Assembly (NCBI GenBank): GCA_965198115.1
Contig: OZ240241.1
Span: 544,001-608,000, forward strand
DNA from: Candidatus Latescibacterota bacterium
Lineage (GTDB): Bacteria; Latescibacterota; UBA2968
Length of the DNA stretch: 64,000 bases
Reading direction: 5' to 3'
Shown here piece by piece: positions 1 to 12,430 of the stretch (position 1 is the first letter of the stretch; each line of letters begins with the position of its first letter). The notes below the pieces were generated by a model. It did no database searches. It was not told the origin of the DNA and saw only the letters and a program-made list of their open reading frames with translations. A program made the position numbers and the translations under genes.

Positions 1-1654
1 TGTAGCCCTCGTATTTGAGCTGAACCTCCACGGACTCCCGCGCGCGGACGGACAGGGCGACGGGGGCGGGCGCCACCTCGTCGATCAGGTCGTAGTCGAC
101 CTCCGGACGTCGTAGCAGGTCTTTGAGCAACGTCCGGGCGGGGATACGCGAGGACCCGCGTCTCGCGAGTGCGGTTTGGACGTGGTCGGTCGGGTCGACT
201 TTGACGGTTCGCAGACGCTCGAGCTCCGAGTCGATGGCGTCCCGGCGGGTGCAGAAACGGGCGTAGTGTGCGTCGGTTACCAGACCCGCTTTGCGTCCCG
301 CTTCCGTCAGCCGCAGGTCGGCGTTGTCGCTGCGGAGGAGGAGACGATACTCGGCCAGTGACGTGAACATCCGGTAGGGTTCGTCGGTGCCTTTGGTGAC
401 GAGGTCGTCGATCAGGACGCCGATGTAGGCGCTCGATCGATCCAGAACGAGAGGGTCCTCGTCTCGAACGGCGAGCGCCGCGTTCGCCCCGGCGATCAGG
501 CCCTGGGCCGCGGCTTCTTCGTAGCCGGTCGTGCCGTTGATCTGCCCGGCGAAATACAGACCGGCGATCAGCTTCGTTTCTAGCGTGGTCAGGATCTGCG
601 TGGGGGGGACGTAGTCGTACTCGACGGCGTAGGCGGGACGCATGATCTCGGCGTGTTCCAGCCCCGGGATGCTGCGCACGACCTGAACCTGCACGTCCTC
701 CGGCAGACTCATTGAAAGGCCGTTGAGGTAGACCTCGCGCGTGCGGTAGCCCTCGGGTTCGAGGAAGATCTGGTGGGATTCCTTGTGGGCGAAGCGGACG
801 ACTTTGTCCTCGACGGATGGGCAGTAACGGGGCCCGACGGACGTGATTCGGCCGCCATACATGGCCGAGCGGTCGAGGTTGGCGCGAATGATGTCGTGTG
901 TGCGCGTCGTGGTCTTCGCGATGTGACAGGGCAACTGTTCCTGCTCGATCCGGGTGGTCCGATGCGAGAAGGGACGGGGGTCGACATCGCCAGGTTGGGC
1001 TTCGGCGCTGTCGTAGTCGATCGTTCGGGCGTTGATGCGGGGAGGCGTGCCCGTCTTGAGCCGTCCGAGTTCGAACCCGAGGCGGACGAGCGCCTCGGAT
1101 GCTTGTTCTGCGGCCTGCTCGCCGGCGCGCCCGGCGGCGTATGAGACGTCACCGATGTGAATCAGTCCCCTGAGGAACGTCCCCGTCGTGAGGACGATCG
1201 CCTTGCCCAGGAAACGGGTACCTCCTTTGAGGACGACACCTCGAACCTGGCGATCGCTCACGAGCAATTCTTCGAGCATGCCCTGTTTGAGGTCGAGGTT
1301 CGGATGGTCCTCGACGGTCTCCTTCATTCGGAACTGGTAGGCTTTCTTGTCGGCCTGCGCCCGGGGGGCCCGAACAGCCGGTCCCTTTCGACGATTCAGG
1401 AGACGGAACTGGATACCGGTGACGTCGGTGTTCCTGGCCATCTCGCCACCGAGGGCGTCGATTTCCTGAACCATGTGACCCTTGGCGATTCCACCGATGG
1501 CGGGGTTGCACGACATTTGGGCAACCGTGTCGAGGTTCATGGTGAGGAGGAGCGTTTGGCACCCGATTCGGGCGGAAGCCAGGGCGGCCTCGGTTCCGGC
1601 GTGTCCGGCTCCGACGACGATGACGTCGTAGGTCTTGTCGTAGGTCCAGGTCAC
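1..1654 (-). CDS. mnmG: tRNA uridine-5-carboxymethylaminomethyl(34) synthesis enzyme MnmG (GidA), 3' end runs off the window
   Basis: Manual translation from GTG at 1654: [24 protein letters not shown]...[14 protein letters not shown]...[13 protein letters not shown], later GPRYCPSIEDK and [18 protein letters not shown]. Absent from the ORF track because the stop lies outside the window. Confidence 0.96.
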   Translation of the reverse strand, partial: MTWTYDKTYDVIVVGAGHAGTEAALASARIGCQTLLLTMNLDTVAQMSCNPAIGGIAKGHMVQEIDALGGEMARNTDVTGIQFRLLNRRKGPAVRAPRAQADKKAYQFRMKETVEDHPNLDLKQGMLEELLVSDRQVRGVVLKGGTRFLGKAIVLTTGTFLRGLIHIGDVSYAAGRAGEQAAEQASEALVRLGFELGRLKTGTPPRINARTIDYDSAEAQPGDVDPRPFSHRTTRIEQEQLPCHIAKTTTRTHDIIRANLDRSAMYGGRITSVGPRYCPSVEDKVVRFAHKESHQIFLEPEGYRTREVYLNGLSMSLPEDVQVQVVRSIPGLEHAEIMRPAYAVEYDYVPPTQILTTLETKLIAGLYFAGQINGTTGYEEAAAQGLIAGANAALAVRDEDPLVLDRSSAYIGVLIDDLVTKGTDEPYRMFTSLAEYRLLLRSDNADLRLTEAGRKAGLVTDAHYARFCTRRDAIDSELERLRTVKVDPTDHVQTALARRGSSRIPARTLLKDLLRRPEVDYDLIDEVAPAPVALSVRARESVEVQLKYEGY

Positions 1655-2664
1655 GGGAGGATGGAGAGCGCGTCGTCGTAGGGCCGGTCGAGGGCACGGC
1701 TGTCGATTTCGAAACCCAGGTCTTCGATCATCCGGTGCGTCTCGTTCGTGCTCTGGCCCCCCGTCGTGAGGTAGCCCTCCATAAACAAGGAATTGGCCGG
1801 GTAGAGGGCGAGGGGCTGGAGGGACCGGATGTTCCGTTCGCGCCCACCGGCCACGCGGATCTCGCGATCTGGGTTCACGAACCGGAATAGACACAGGATT
1901 CTCAGACAGTCGCGGGGTGTCAGGTCGTTTCGACCTGCGAGAGGCGTGCCGTCGATGGGGTGGAGGAAATTAACGGGTATCGAGTCGGCGCCGAGGTCGC
2001 GCAGGGCAAAAGCGAGGTCGACGATGTCTTCTTCGGTCTCGCCCATCCCGACGATTCCGCCGCTGCACGTGGCCAGACCCGCGTTCTGTACGGCCTCGAG
2101 GGTTCGCAGACGGTCCTCGTATTCGTGGGTGGTGCAGATCCGGTCGTGGTGGTCGCGGCTCGTGTTCAGGTTGTGGTTGACGCGACCGACACCGGCGGCC
2201 TTGAGTCTGTGTGCCTGGGGTTGCGTGAGGAGCCCAAGGCAGCAACAGATGTCGATGTCGACGGTTCGCCTGATCTCCTCGACGGCTTCGCAGACGGCCT
2301 CGACCTCCCCGTCGGTCGGTCCCCGTCCCGAGGCGACGATGCAGTAGCGCACGGCCCCACCCCTGTGCGCGGAGAGCGCATCGTCGACGAGTTCGGCCTT
2401 GGGGAGGAGCGGGTAGCGGTCGATCGGGGCCTCGGACACCGCAGATTGCGAACAGTAGTGACAGTCCTCGGGACAGAGCCCGCTTTTGGCGTTTTTGAGG
2501 ACGTGAATCTGCACCCGCCGGCCAAAGAAGTGTTTGCGTACGTCGAACGCGGCGTGGAGGAGGGGTAGCAGGTCGTCGTCGTGGGTCTGGAGGAGTGCTT
2601 GGCAGGTCGACCGATCGGGCGCCAGGCCTGCGCGGCTCGTTATGACGAGTTGGATCAGGTCCAA
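1651..2664 (-). CDS. bioB: biotin synthase (radical SAM)
   Basis: [11 protein letters not shown] radical-SAM motif, [31 protein letters not shown]; stop overlaps the mnmG start. Confidence 0.96.
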   Translation of the reverse strand: MDLIQLVITSRAGLAPDRSTCQALLQTHDDDLLPLLHAAFDVRKHFFGRRVQIHVLKNAKSGLCPEDCHYCSQSAVSEAPIDRYPLLPKAELVDDALSAHRGGAVRYCIVASGRGPTDGEVEAVCEAVEEIRRTVDIDICCCLGLLTQPQAHRLKAAGVGRVNHNLNTSRDHHDRICTTHEYEDRLRTLEAVQNAGLATCSGGIVGMGETEEDIVDLAFALRDLGADSIPVNFLHPIDGTPLAGRNDLTPRDCLRILCLFRFVNPDREIRVAGGRERNIRSLQPLALYPANSLFMEGYLTTGGQSTNETHRMIEDLGFEIDSRALDRPYDDALSILP

Positions 2665-2695
2665 GATTGCTTTCCTTCACGTGGGGGAGGTGAAT

Positions 2696-2917
2696 TCAGG
2701 CTTTTTCGACGCGGGTCACGACGTTCATGAGGCTGTGGACGATGATGCGATCCCCCTCGCGCACGTCGGTGTAGGCGGCTTCGTTTCCGAGGCGGGCACG
2801 GTAGACCCTGTCTTCTTCGCCGACGGGGGAGTAGTCGATCTGAATGTAGGGCTGATCGTGGATGGAGATGTGGAGGATCTTATGGACCCACGCACCCCGG
2901 GAGGACTTGAGCGCCAC
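2696..2917 (-). CDS. small hypothetical protein
   Basis: 73-aa ORF co-oriented just upstream of bioB, normal composition. Confidence 0.55.
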   Translation of the reverse strand: MALKSSRGAWVHKILHISIHDQPYIQIDYSPVGEEDRVYRARLGNEAAYTDVREGDRIIVHSLMNVVTRVEKA

Positions 2918-3133
2918 GTTACTGCCCGGGCGATCGTGTGTGGGCGACCGTGAAAATCGCCGGAGCGAGGTGCGGGTCCATAGAGCGAAAAGATACCGGC
3001 GAGACCCCCACCGAACAAGAGTTTTCCCGCCTTCTGAAGCCGCCGACTGACCGACTTTTTGATAGATTTTTGCAAGGGATGTGTTACATTAGGGCACGCC
3101 TCATTCAGCTCATTTTAGCCAGACGGAGCACGC

Positions 3134-3433
3134 ATGCCCGAAGACGACGAGCAGAGACAATACGCGCGACTCCAGATCGACCTGCCCATCCAGGCGAGGC
3201 TGGGGGAGGGCGATCACATGGATCTCGAGATCGTCGACATTTCGGGATCGGGCATGCAGATCCGCAGCGATGATTTTGAGGTCCTCAAGGACGGATTCGA
3301 CGCCCAGCATAACGAAGCGACGTTCGAGATCCGGATCCAAGCACGGCTCGCCTGGGCGCGCCCCGAAGACGACGGGCGTTTCGTGACCGGGTGGGAATTC
3401 AACCGGGATATCGGCGAGCCCCGCATCGGGTAA
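3134..3433 (+). CDS. PilZ domain protein (putative c-di-GMP receptor)
   Basis: RQYAR (RxxxR) and DISGSG (DxSxxG) PilZ motifs; GGAG RBS upstream. Confidence 0.8.
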   Translation: MPEDDEQRQYARLQIDLPIQARLGEGDHMDLEIVDISGSGMQIRSDDFEVLKDGFDAQHNEATFEIRIQARLAWARPEDDGRFVTGWEFNRDIGEPRIG

Positions 3434-3484
3434 GCGCGCCGGTTTCCTCCCCACTCCTCCCCTCGCCGTTTCTCGCCGGGCAGA

Positions 3485-4195
3485 TTGACTTATCCCGGTC
3501 TTTTCTCTATACTTGCGGCTTTCAGACGGGTCCTCTACGTGACGGACGCGATTGCCCGCCCGCCCGCGCCCTCCAGGCACGATCAGGCCGGCCGAGACCG
3601 GCTGGAACGGGTCTGGGCGAAGAACCCGACGTCGACGGTCTTCGCGCGCCTTGCCGATGCGTATTTGGCCGAAGACCGGTTCGAAGAGGCGGTCCAGATC
3701 TGCCACCGCGGGCTCAGATACCGGCCGGCCTACGTCACCGGACACCAGGTGCTCGGCTGTTGTCTCCTGGCCGCGGGCCAGCAGGACGCGGCGCGGGATG
3801 CGTTCGAAAAAGTGCTCAGACTCGATCGCGACCATCCGGCCGCGCTCGGATTTCTGGCAAGGATGGCCGATCGACGGGAAGACTTCGTCGGTGCCGAGTC
3901 TCTTCGCGCGCAGCTCGGAGCGGTCGATCCGTTGAAGGCCGGGGTGATGCGGGGTGAGCGGGGGCCGCGTGCGGATGTCGAGAGAACGGGACCCGTTCAG
4001 ACATCCGAGCCGGGTCTCACTGGTAACGGCGACGAACCCAAGCCGTTCGCGACGCTTACGCTTGCGCGTCTCTACGCAGACCAGGGCTACAGCCAGGAGG
4101 CGCTGGACCTCGCGACGTGGCTCGCAGAGTCTAACCCGGATGCCGACGGCGTTCGCGAGTTTTTGACCGAGCTCCAGACCGCTAGGTCCGATTGA
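3485..4195 (+). CDS. tetratricopeptide repeat protein (start uncertain)
   Basis: TPR-like helices FARLADAYL...EEAVQIC, C-terminal FATLTLARLYADQG. Confidence 0.75.
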   Translation: MTYPGLFSILAAFRRVLYVTDAIARPPAPSRHDQAGRDRLERVWAKNPTSTVFARLADAYLAEDRFEEAVQICHRGLRYRPAYVTGHQVLGCCLLAAGQQDAARDAFEKVLRLDRDHPAALGFLARMADRREDFVGAESLRAQLGAVDPLKAGVMRGERGPRADVERTGPVQTSEPGLTGNGDEPKPFATLTLARLYADQGYSQEALDLATWLAESNPDADGVREFLTELQTARSD

Positions 4196-4231
4196 TCCGT
4201 AGTCGACAAGGGATAAGGAAGCAGCCGCTCG

Positions 4232-4789
4232 ATGATCGCAACCTCCGACTTTAGGAATGGCATGGTCCTCCGGCTCGACGGAGAGCTCTTTTCGATGAGC
4301 GAATTCGAGCATTTCAAGCCGGGCAAGGGCGCGTCCGTCGTGCGGACCAAACTCAAGAACGTGAAGACCGGTGCGGTAATCGACCGGACGTTCCGATCCG
4401 GCGACAAGGTCGAGGATGTGCGTCTGGAGCGTCGGAAAATGCAGTATCTCTACCGAAGCGACGCACTGTTCACGTTCATGGACAACGAAACCTACGATCA
4501 GTTCGAACTCGACGAAGGCACGGTCGGAGACACGGTCAAGTATTTGAAGGAAAACGAGACGTGTGACGTTCTCGTCACCGAAAACAAGGCCATTGGCTTG
4601 GAGTTGCCGATCTTCGTCTCTCTGGCTGTGACGCAAACCGATCCCGGTGTTCGCGGGGACACGGCAAGCGGGGGCAGCAAGCCGGCCACCGTGGGAACAG
4701 GGGCCACCGTTCAGGTTCCGCTCTTCGTGGAGCAGGGTGACGTGCTGAAGATCGACACACGCACCGATACCTACGTCGAGCGGGTCTGA
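4232..4789 (+). CDS. efp: translation elongation factor P
   Basis: KPGKG loop, [14 protein letters not shown]. Confidence 0.97.
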   Translation: MIATSDFRNGMVLRLDGELFSMSEFEHFKPGKGASVVRTKLKNVKTGAVIDRTFRSGDKVEDVRLERRKMQYLYRSDALFTFMDNETYDQFELDEGTVGDTVKYLKENETCDVLVTENKAIGLELPIFVSLAVTQTDPGVRGDTASGGSKPATVGTGATVQVPLFVEQGDVLKIDTRTDTYVERV

Positions 4790-4797
4790 GGATCTTC

Positions 4798-5259
4798 GTG
4801 AGCCTGCCGAGCCGAATCAGAGAAAGCCTCCGCGAACTGCTGTCGATGACGGGGGAGGATGACGTCAGAGAAATAGAAGTCGAGCGCCGAGTACTTGGAG
4901 GGTGGCGCATCAGGGTGTCACGCGGGCAGGTTGCTTCCGCCTCGGTTGCGCCGCAAGCCGTCGAGACGCCCGTCGGGCAACCGGACGTCGCGGAGTCCGA
5001 TTCGGCGCCCGCGGACGATGGGGTCACGATACCGTCTCCCATGGTCGGTACCTTTTACCGGGCTCCCGCCCCCGAAGCCGATCCCTTCGTGAAGGAGGGT
5101 GACACGGTGGCGGTCGGGCAGATCGTCTGCATCATCGAGGCGATGAAGATCATGAACGAGATCGAGGCCGAGGTCAACGGGCGCGTCCGACAGGTCCTCA
5201 TCGAAAACGGAAGGCCTGTCGAGTACAACACGCCGCTGTTCGTGCTCGAGCCGATCTGA
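4798..5259 (+). CDS. accB: acetyl-CoA carboxylase biotin carboxyl carrier protein
   Basis: SPMVGTFY and biotinylation motif EAMKIMNE. Confidence 0.95.
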   Translation: MSLPSRIRESLRELLSMTGEDDVREIEVERRVLGGWRIRVSRGQVASASVAPQAVETPVGQPDVAESDSAPADDGVTIPSPMVGTFYRAPAPEADPFVKEGDTVAVGQIVCIIEAMKIMNEIEAEVNGRVRQVLIENGRPVEYNTPLFVLEPI

Positions 5260-5266
5260 GCCTGCC

Positions 5267-6604
<1,338 letters not shown>

Positions 6605-6619
6605 ACGGGGGACCGGCGC

Positions 6620-7003
6620 GTGTCGGATGTGAGAGAAGGTTTGCGTTACCACGAGGCGCACGACTGGCTTGCGATCGAAGGAGATACGGCCACGACGGGT
6701 GTGACAGATTACGCCCAGGGTGAACTGGGCGACATCGTGTTTCTGGAGCTCCCGTCGGTCGGCGATCACGTGACCCAGGACGCGCCCTACGGGACGATCG
6801 AGGCGGTCAAGACGGTCGCCGATCTGATTGCTCCCGTGTCGGGGGAGGTCGTCGAAGTCAACGAAGTCCTCGAGGAGGATGCGTCCCTCGTGAACGAGGA
6901 CCCTTACGGGGAGGGGTGGACGATAAGGATCCAGCTGTCAAACCCGGCCGAGGCCGAAGCCCTGATGAACGCCGAAGCCTACGGGAAACTGATCGAAGAC
7001 TGA
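6620..7003 (+). CDS. gcvH: glycine cleavage system protein H
   Basis: GVTDYAQGELGDIVF, lipoyl-Lys motif EAVKTV, DPYGEGW. Confidence 0.95.
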   Translation: MSDVREGLRYHEAHDWLAIEGDTATTGVTDYAQGELGDIVFLELPSVGDHVTQDAPYGTIEAVKTVADLIAPVSGEVVEVNEVLEEDASLVNEDPYGEGWTIRIQLSNPAEAEALMNAEAYGKLIED

Positions 7004-7010
7004 CACGAGC

Positions 7011-7580
7011 ATGGCGAAGGTTAAAATCAAACCGACAGATTCGGCAGCTGTGGCGACACGGGTGCGACCGCCGAACCCCTTACACCGTTCGGTCCTGGTG
7101 CTCAACCAGAGCTACGAGCCGATCCACGTGTGCTCGGCACGGAGAGCCATCGTTTTGGTGTTTCGTGGGCGGGCGCAGGTCGTCGAATCGCTCGATGTGT
7201 CGATTCGGTCGGTCTCGCGGGCGTTCCCCGTCCCGAGCGTGGTTCGTCTGGACTTCTACGTGAGGATTCCGCCCAAACCTCTTTCGCTCACGAAACGGAA
7301 CGTTCTCAAACGGGATGGCTTTCAGTGCCAGTATTGCTCCACTCGGTCGGGCCCGATGACGGTCGATCACGTTTTGCCACGAACCCAGGGCGGCCGTGAC
7401 ACGTGGGAGAACATGGTGTGTGCCTGCCTGGCGTGTAACAATCGCAAGGGCAACCGGACGCCCGAGCAGGCCGGCATCTCCCTGGCGCGGCGTCCTCGAC
7501 TACCCAACCACGTGACTTTCATCCGGCATTTCATCGGGGTTCCCGACCAAAGATGGCGGCCGTATCTTTTCATGGACTGA
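7011..7580 (+). CDS. HNH endonuclease family protein
   Basis: VLVLNQSYEP, RDGFQCQYC, TVDHVLP, CLACNNRKG. Confidence 0.9.
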   Translation: MAKVKIKPTDSAAVATRVRPPNPLHRSVLVLNQSYEPIHVCSARRAIVLVFRGRAQVVESLDVSIRSVSRAFPVPSVVRLDFYVRIPPKPLSLTKRNVLKRDGFQCQYCSTRSGPMTVDHVLPRTQGGRDTWENMVCACLACNNRKGNRTPEQAGISLARRPRLPNHVTFIRHFIGVPDQRWRPYLFMD

Positions 7581-7667
7581 AAAGCGCTACCGAGGACACT
7601 GGGGAAACAAGAGCGAGAGGGTAAGACGCGAGCCTCCATAACCTAGGCTCCGCGGAACGGGTCAGCC

Positions 7668-8732
7668 ATGGCCGATAGGAAGCGAATATTGACGGGGGAC
7701 CGTCCGAGCGGGCGGTTGCACCTCGGCCACTATGTGGGGTCTATCGAGAATCGCCTCCGTCTGCAGGACGACTACGAGTGTTATTTCATCGTGGCGGACC
7801 TGCATACCCTCACGACGAGACCGCGCAAAGAGGATGTCGACGAGCTGCGCGAGAACGTGAGCGAGATGGTGGCCGACTACCTCGCTGTGGGGATCGATCC
7901 AGCCAAGTCGACGATCTACCTACAATCGGCTGTGCACGCCGTTTACGAGATGAACCTGTTTTTCGAGATGCTCGTGACATTGCCTCGGCTAACGCGATTG
8001 CCGAGTATCAAGGACATGGCGCGGGCGGCCAACTTCGACGACGAGGCGATTCCGTTCGGTCTGATCGGCTACCCCGTGCTACAGGCGGCCGACATTCTGA
8101 TGCCGCGAGCCCATCTGGTGCCCGTCGGCAAGGAAAACGAGGCCCACGTCGAGATTACGCGTGAGATCGCGCGTCGTTTCAATGCCTACTACGGTGAGGT
8201 TTTTCCCGTGCCCGATGTACTGATCGGAGATGTGCCGACACTCGTTGGCACCGACGGTCAGGCAAAGATGAGCAAGAGTCTCGGCAACGCGATCTACCTG
8301 TCGGACGACGCGAAGACAGTAGAGAAGAAAGTCCGGGGGATGTTTACCGACCCCAATCGCGTCCGGGCGGACATTCCGGGTCGGGTCGAGGGGAATCCCG
8401 TTTTCGAGTATCACGACGCGTTCAACCCCGATGACGACGAGGTCGGAGACCTCAAGATACGCTACCGTGAGGGCACCGTCGGGGATGTTGAGGTGAAACA
8501 GAGACTGACGGATTGCCTGAACACATTTCTCGATCCGATTCGCGACCGACGTGCCGACATTACACGGCAGTCGGGGTATGTCGAGCACGTGATCCACGAC
8601 GGGACGATGCGTATGCAAGAGACCGCCCAACAAACCGTGGTCGACATGAAGAAAGCCATGGGTCTGGCAGGCCTGTGGAACCGCATTTCGCGCAAGGGGC
8701 GTGACTACGCCAAGAAGGCACGCCCTGAGTGA
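7668..8732 (+). CDS. trpS: tryptophan--tRNA ligase
   Basis: [13 protein letters not shown] (HIGH), [14 protein letters not shown]. Confidence 0.96.
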   Translation: MADRKRILTGDRPSGRLHLGHYVGSIENRLRLQDDYECYFIVADLHTLTTRPRKEDVDELRENVSEMVADYLAVGIDPAKSTIYLQSAVHAVYEMNLFFEMLVTLPRLTRLPSIKDMARAANFDDEAIPFGLIGYPVLQAADILMPRAHLVPVGKENEAHVEITREIARRFNAYYGEVFPVPDVLIGDVPTLVGTDGQAKMSKSLGNAIYLSDDAKTVEKKVRGMFTDPNRVRADIPGRVEGNPVFEYHDAFNPDDDEVGDLKIRYREGTVGDVEVKQRLTDCLNTFLDPIRDRRADITRQSGYVEHVIHDGTMRMQETAQQTVVDMKKAMGLAGLWNRISRKGRDYAKKARPE

Positions 8733-8820
8733 CTGCGTCGTCGGTGACGACGCCCAGTCGGCCTGAGCAGGGCATCCCCTCCCTCCTCCAGCCCTCCCCC
8801 GTTCTCGACGGGAGCACACC

Positions 8821-9624
8821 GTGGTGAGCCATCCGTTCCAACTCGGGGAGTCCGACGAATACGGTGTCCACCTCGACATCTTTCAAGGGCCGCTCGATCT
8901 CCTGTTGTATCTGATTCGGAAGGAAGAAGTCGACGTCTACGACATTCCTGTTGCCGAGATCACGCGGCAGTATCTGGCCTACGTCGACCTGATCCAGAAG
9001 CTCGACCTAGAACAGGCGGGTGATTTCTTGGTGATGGCCGCCACGCTGATGCAGATCAAGTCCCGTATGCTTCTGCCCGTGGAGCATACTGACGACGAGG
9101 TCCTGGAGGATCCCAGGGACGAGCTCGTACGGCGTCTGTTGGAATACCAGCAGTTCAAAGAAGTGGCAGGGTGGCTCGAGGAACGTCGCGCCACGACGCG
9201 TGACGTGTTTTTCAGGGGCGGGGCGTTCTACGCCGATGCGGATATGGCGGAGCGTGCCGAAGGTATCGAGTCTCTCCGTGAAGTCGAAATGTTCGACCTC
9301 CTCGTCGCCTTCAAGCAGGCGCTGGATGCCGCCCCCACGGTCGATTTTCACGAGATCGACCGTGTCGAGGTTACGACGGAAGAGAGATCGGCCTACGTCC
9401 TGGACGTCCTGACGCGCCGGAGGCAGGTCCCGTTCATCGACCTGGTTACGAACGTGCCACGGATCGTTGTCGTTGTCACATTCGTGGCCATCCTCGACCT
9501 GATCAAGGAGGGGAAGGCGACGGTCGAGCAGTCGGAGCCCGAGGCGGGGTTCTGGATCTACCGCACCGAACCGTCTCCCGACCATTCACCGGCCCAGCCG
9601 AACGGGGAGTCCGACGATGTCTGA
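8821..9624 (+). CDS. scpA: segregation and condensation protein A
   Basis: FQGPLDLLLYLI, FLVMAATL..IKSRMLLP. Confidence 0.93.
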   Translation: MVSHPFQLGESDEYGVHLDIFQGPLDLLLYLIRKEEVDVYDIPVAEITRQYLAYVDLIQKLDLEQAGDFLVMAATLMQIKSRMLLPVEHTDDEVLEDPRDELVRRLLEYQQFKEVAGWLEERRATTRDVFFRGGAFYADADMAERAEGIESLREVEMFDLLVAFKQALDAAPTVDFHEIDRVEVTTEERSAYVLDVLTRRRQVPFIDLVTNVPRIVVVVTFVAILDLIKEGKATVEQSEPEAGFWIYRTEPSPDHSPAQPNGESDDV

Positions 9625-10336
9625 AGACCAGCTGGAGCGCACCGAGACTTTCGGATTGGATGAAGATGCGAAACACCGCGGTGTGATCGAGGCGCTCGTG
9701 ATCGCGTCCGATGAAGTCCTCACGGCCGGTCGTCTCGTCGAACTGGTCGGCAACGGAGTCGGGGTCAAAGAGGTCAAGCAGTATGTCGACGAGCTGAACA
9801 CGGAGTATGTACAAACGGGCCGCAGCTTTAAAATCGCCGAGGTAGCAGGTGGGTATCAGATGTCGGTGCACGGGGAGTTCGCACCGTGGATCCGCCAGCT
9901 GCTCCAGGCCAAACCGGTGCGTCTCTCTCAGGCCGCGCTCGAGACCCTGTCGATCATCGCGTTCAAGCAGCCGATTACCAAGGCCGAGGTCGAGCACATC
10001 AGGGGGGTCGTCTCCGACGGGGTGCTCCGGCACCTCTTGGAGAAGGGGCTGGTCCGGATCGCGGGCCGATCCGATGGGGTGGGTCGACCGCTGCTCTACG
10101 GAACCGCACGGGACTTTTTACGGTTCTTCGGGCTCAGAACGCTGGCTGAACTGCCCGAGATCAAGGAAGTGGAAGAACTGCTGAAAGAGGAGGAGGGGGC
10201 TCAGGCGGGCGAGGCGTTCGACGCATCGGATGAGGAGGGGGACGAGCCGGCCACCGACATCGATGGAGATACGACCGCTGGAACGTCTGAACAAATTCCT
10301 GGCGAGAACGGGCATCGGATCGAGGAGGACGTGTGA
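9617..10336 (+). CDS. scpB: SMC-Scp complex subunit ScpB
   Basis: LSQAALETLSIIAFKQP, GRPLLYGT, FLRFFGL. Confidence 0.93.
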   Translation: MSEDQLERTETFGLDEDAKHRGVIEALVIASDEVLTAGRLVELVGNGVGVKEVKQYVDELNTEYVQTGRSFKIAEVAGGYQMSVHGEFAPWIRQLLQAKPVRLSQAALETLSIIAFKQPITKAEVEHIRGVVSDGVLRHLLEKGLVRIAGRSDGVGRPLLYGTARDFLRFFGLRTLAELPEIKEVEELLKEEEGAQAGEAFDASDEEGDEPATDIDGDTTAGTSEQIPGENGHRIEEDV

Positions 10337-11003
10337 CCGCCTGATCCGATCGGGTGACGTCTCCGTCAACGACCGACGCGTCGACCATCCCGGGACGCGG
10401 ATCGACCCAGAGCGCGATCGTGTGACCTACGGCGGCCAGCTGATGAGGCCGCCGGACGTGTGTACCTATCTCGTGATTAACAAGCCGAGAGGCGTGGTCG
10501 TGACGGTCGACGACCCGCAGGGCCGCCGCTCGGTGCTCGATCTGATCGAGGGGGTCAATGCGCGTGTCTACCCCGTGGGGCGGCTCGACATGGATACGGG
10601 GGGTCTTTTGATTCTGACTGATGACGGCGAACTGGCCCATCGGCTGATGCATCCGCGATACGGTGTGGAAAAGACCTACGTCGCCGAGGTCAAGGATCGT
10701 CCGAACGATGGGGCGATACAGCGGTTGACCCGCGGCGTCGACCTGGAGGACGGGCCAACCGGTCGGGCGCGGGCAAGACGTCTCGGCCGTTCGAAGATCG
10801 AAGTCTCGATTCACGAGGGCCGCAACCGTCAGGTTCGGCGGATGTGCGAAGCCGTCGGGCATCCCGTCGTCTCCCTCGAGCGTACGGCCTTCGGTCCGCT
10901 CGGCCTAGGTGGACTCGACCGCGGACAGTGGCGACGGCTCGAGACATCGGAGGTCGTCGCGTTGCGGGAGGCGGTCGGCCTGGGCCGGGAGGAGACCTCG
11001 TGA
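10263..11003 (+). CDS. rluB: rRNA pseudouridine synthase, RluB/RsuA family
   Basis: S4 domain ERLNKFLARTGIGSRR, catalytic PVGRLD, EGRNRQVRRM; start placed at ATG 10263. Confidence 0.88.
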   Translation: MEIRPLERLNKFLARTGIGSRRTCDRLIRSGDVSVNDRRVDHPGTRIDPERDRVTYGGQLMRPPDVCTYLVINKPRGVVVTVDDPQGRRSVLDLIEGVNARVYPVGRLDMDTGGLLILTDDGELAHRLMHPRYGVEKTYVAEVKDRPNDGAIQRLTRGVDLEDGPTGRARARRLGRSKIEVSIHEGRNRQVRRMCEAVGHPVVSLERTAFGPLGLGGLDRGQWRRLETSEVVALREAVGLGREETS

Positions 11004-11674
11004 GCGGTCTCGTGGTCGCTGTGGACGGCCCGGCCGGTGCGGGAAAGAGCACGACCGCCCGCCGCGTGGCCGAGGTCCTGGGTTACCTCTACCTCGACAC
11101 GGGCGCCATGTATCGGGCCGTAGGCTATCTCGTGATCTCCGAAGGAAGCGATCTGGAAGACGCAGACCGAGCGGCCGACATCGCCCGATCGATCGACGTG
11201 GTATTCAGGCCCGGGAAGCCGGAGCAGCGTGTTCTGGTCGATGGGGAAGACCTGACGGAAGCGATTCGGACGCCGACGGTCTCCGACGCGGCTTCGCGAG
11301 TGGCGGCGCACCCCGAGGTGAGGACGGCCCTGGTTGCGCGACAGCAGGCGATGGGGGCCGGAGGCGGTGTCGTCGTGGAAGGCCGCGATACGACGACGGT
11401 GGTGTTCCCGGACGCCGATCTGAAGATTTTTCTCGAGGCGAGTGTCGAGGCTCGGGCCGACCGCAGGATGGCCGAACTCGTCGGAAGGGGAGAGGCCGTC
11501 GCCGCGGAAACCGTGCGCGACCAGATCCGCGCCCGGGACGAGAGGGATCGGGATACCCAGTTGCGATACGGGCCCTGGCCCCCGGACGATGCGATCAGGA
11601 TCGATACGACCGGGCTGACGATCGAGGATCAGGTGGCCAGAGTGGTCGATCTGGCCCGTGAGCGTGCCTCGTGA
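11000..11674 (+). CDS. cmk: cytidylate kinase
   Basis: GTG start overlapping rluB stop; AVDGPAGAGKST, DTGAMYR, EGRD. Confidence 0.95.
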   Translation: MSGLVVAVDGPAGAGKSTTARRVAEVLGYLYLDTGAMYRAVGYLVISEGSDLEDADRAADIARSIDVVFRPGKPEQRVLVDGEDLTEAIRTPTVSDAASRVAAHPEVRTALVARQQAMGAGGGVVVEGRDTTTVVFPDADLKIFLEASVEARADRRMAELVGRGEAVAAETVRDQIRARDERDRDTQLRYGPWPPDDAIRIDTTGLTIEDQVARVVDLARERAS

Positions 11675-12285
11675 CGGGGGGTTCCCGCTTCTACCGGATG
11701 TGCTGGTGGCTGGCCCTGGGCCTTTCGCGGCTGCTTTTCCGTCTCCGTGTCGAGGGCGTCGCCCACATCCCGCGTGGCGTGGGGGTGATCGTGGCCTCCA
11801 ACCACGTCTCCTACGCTGACCCTCCAATGGTCGGTGTTGCGGCCCACAGAGAACTTTTTTATGTTACTAAACGGGAAGTTTTCCCCATCCCCGTGCTGGG
11901 GTGGCTCCTTCGAAATTGGAATGCCATCCCCATCGACCGATCGCGTGGCGATCGTGCCGCGCTCGTGGCCTACGAGGGCAAGTTAGTTGAGGGGAAAGCG
12001 GTTTTTATCGCCCCTGAGGGCACACGCAACAAAGGCCGCTCGTTCCTTCGCCCCAAACCGGGTGTGGGGATGCTCGTGTATCGCACCGGGGTGCCCGTCG
12101 TTCCGGCGTATGTGTCGGGCACGAGGCATCTTTGGTGGAGCCTGTTCGGCTGGGAGCCGATCGTCGTTCGCTTCGGCGCCCCCATCTACTACGACCGGGC
12201 GGGGCTCCCCGAGACGCGGCGAGAGGCCTACCAGGCGATCAGCCGCGACGTGATGGAAAAGATCGGAAACCTCAAGCAGGCGTGA
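11671..12285 (+). CDS. plsC: 1-acyl-sn-glycerol-3-phosphate acyltransferase
   Basis: NHVSYAD (HxxxxD) and PEGTR motifs. Confidence 0.9.
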   Translation: MTGGSRFYRMCWWLALGLSRLLFRLRVEGVAHIPRGVGVIVASNHVSYADPPMVGVAAHRELFYVTKREVFPIPVLGWLLRNWNAIPIDRSRGDRAALVAYEGKLVEGKAVFIAPEGTRNKGRSFLRPKPGVGMLVYRTGVPVVPAYVSGTRHLWWSLFGWEPIVVRFGAPIYYDRAGLPETRREAYQAISRDVMEKIGNLKQA

Positions 12286-12430
12286 GCCCCACCGGCACGG
12301 CCGCCCTGCTCCATTCGATGTGTGCCGGCAGACACTAGGTCGCTCTGCGGCCTTTTATCCCAACTCCCCCAGGGCACGTCGTCCACATTCGCCCGATTCA
12401 GCACGCGGGGGACGAGGAGGTCCGAAACGG

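Noticed and set aside
7011-7580. HNH protein as a defence or homing nuclease
   Set aside because: Common stand-alone HNH family embedded in a housekeeping operon with no methylase, intron or mobile context
7581-7667. T-box riboswitch upstream of trpS
   Set aside because: Spacer is under 90 bp and lacks the T-box consensus and a terminator
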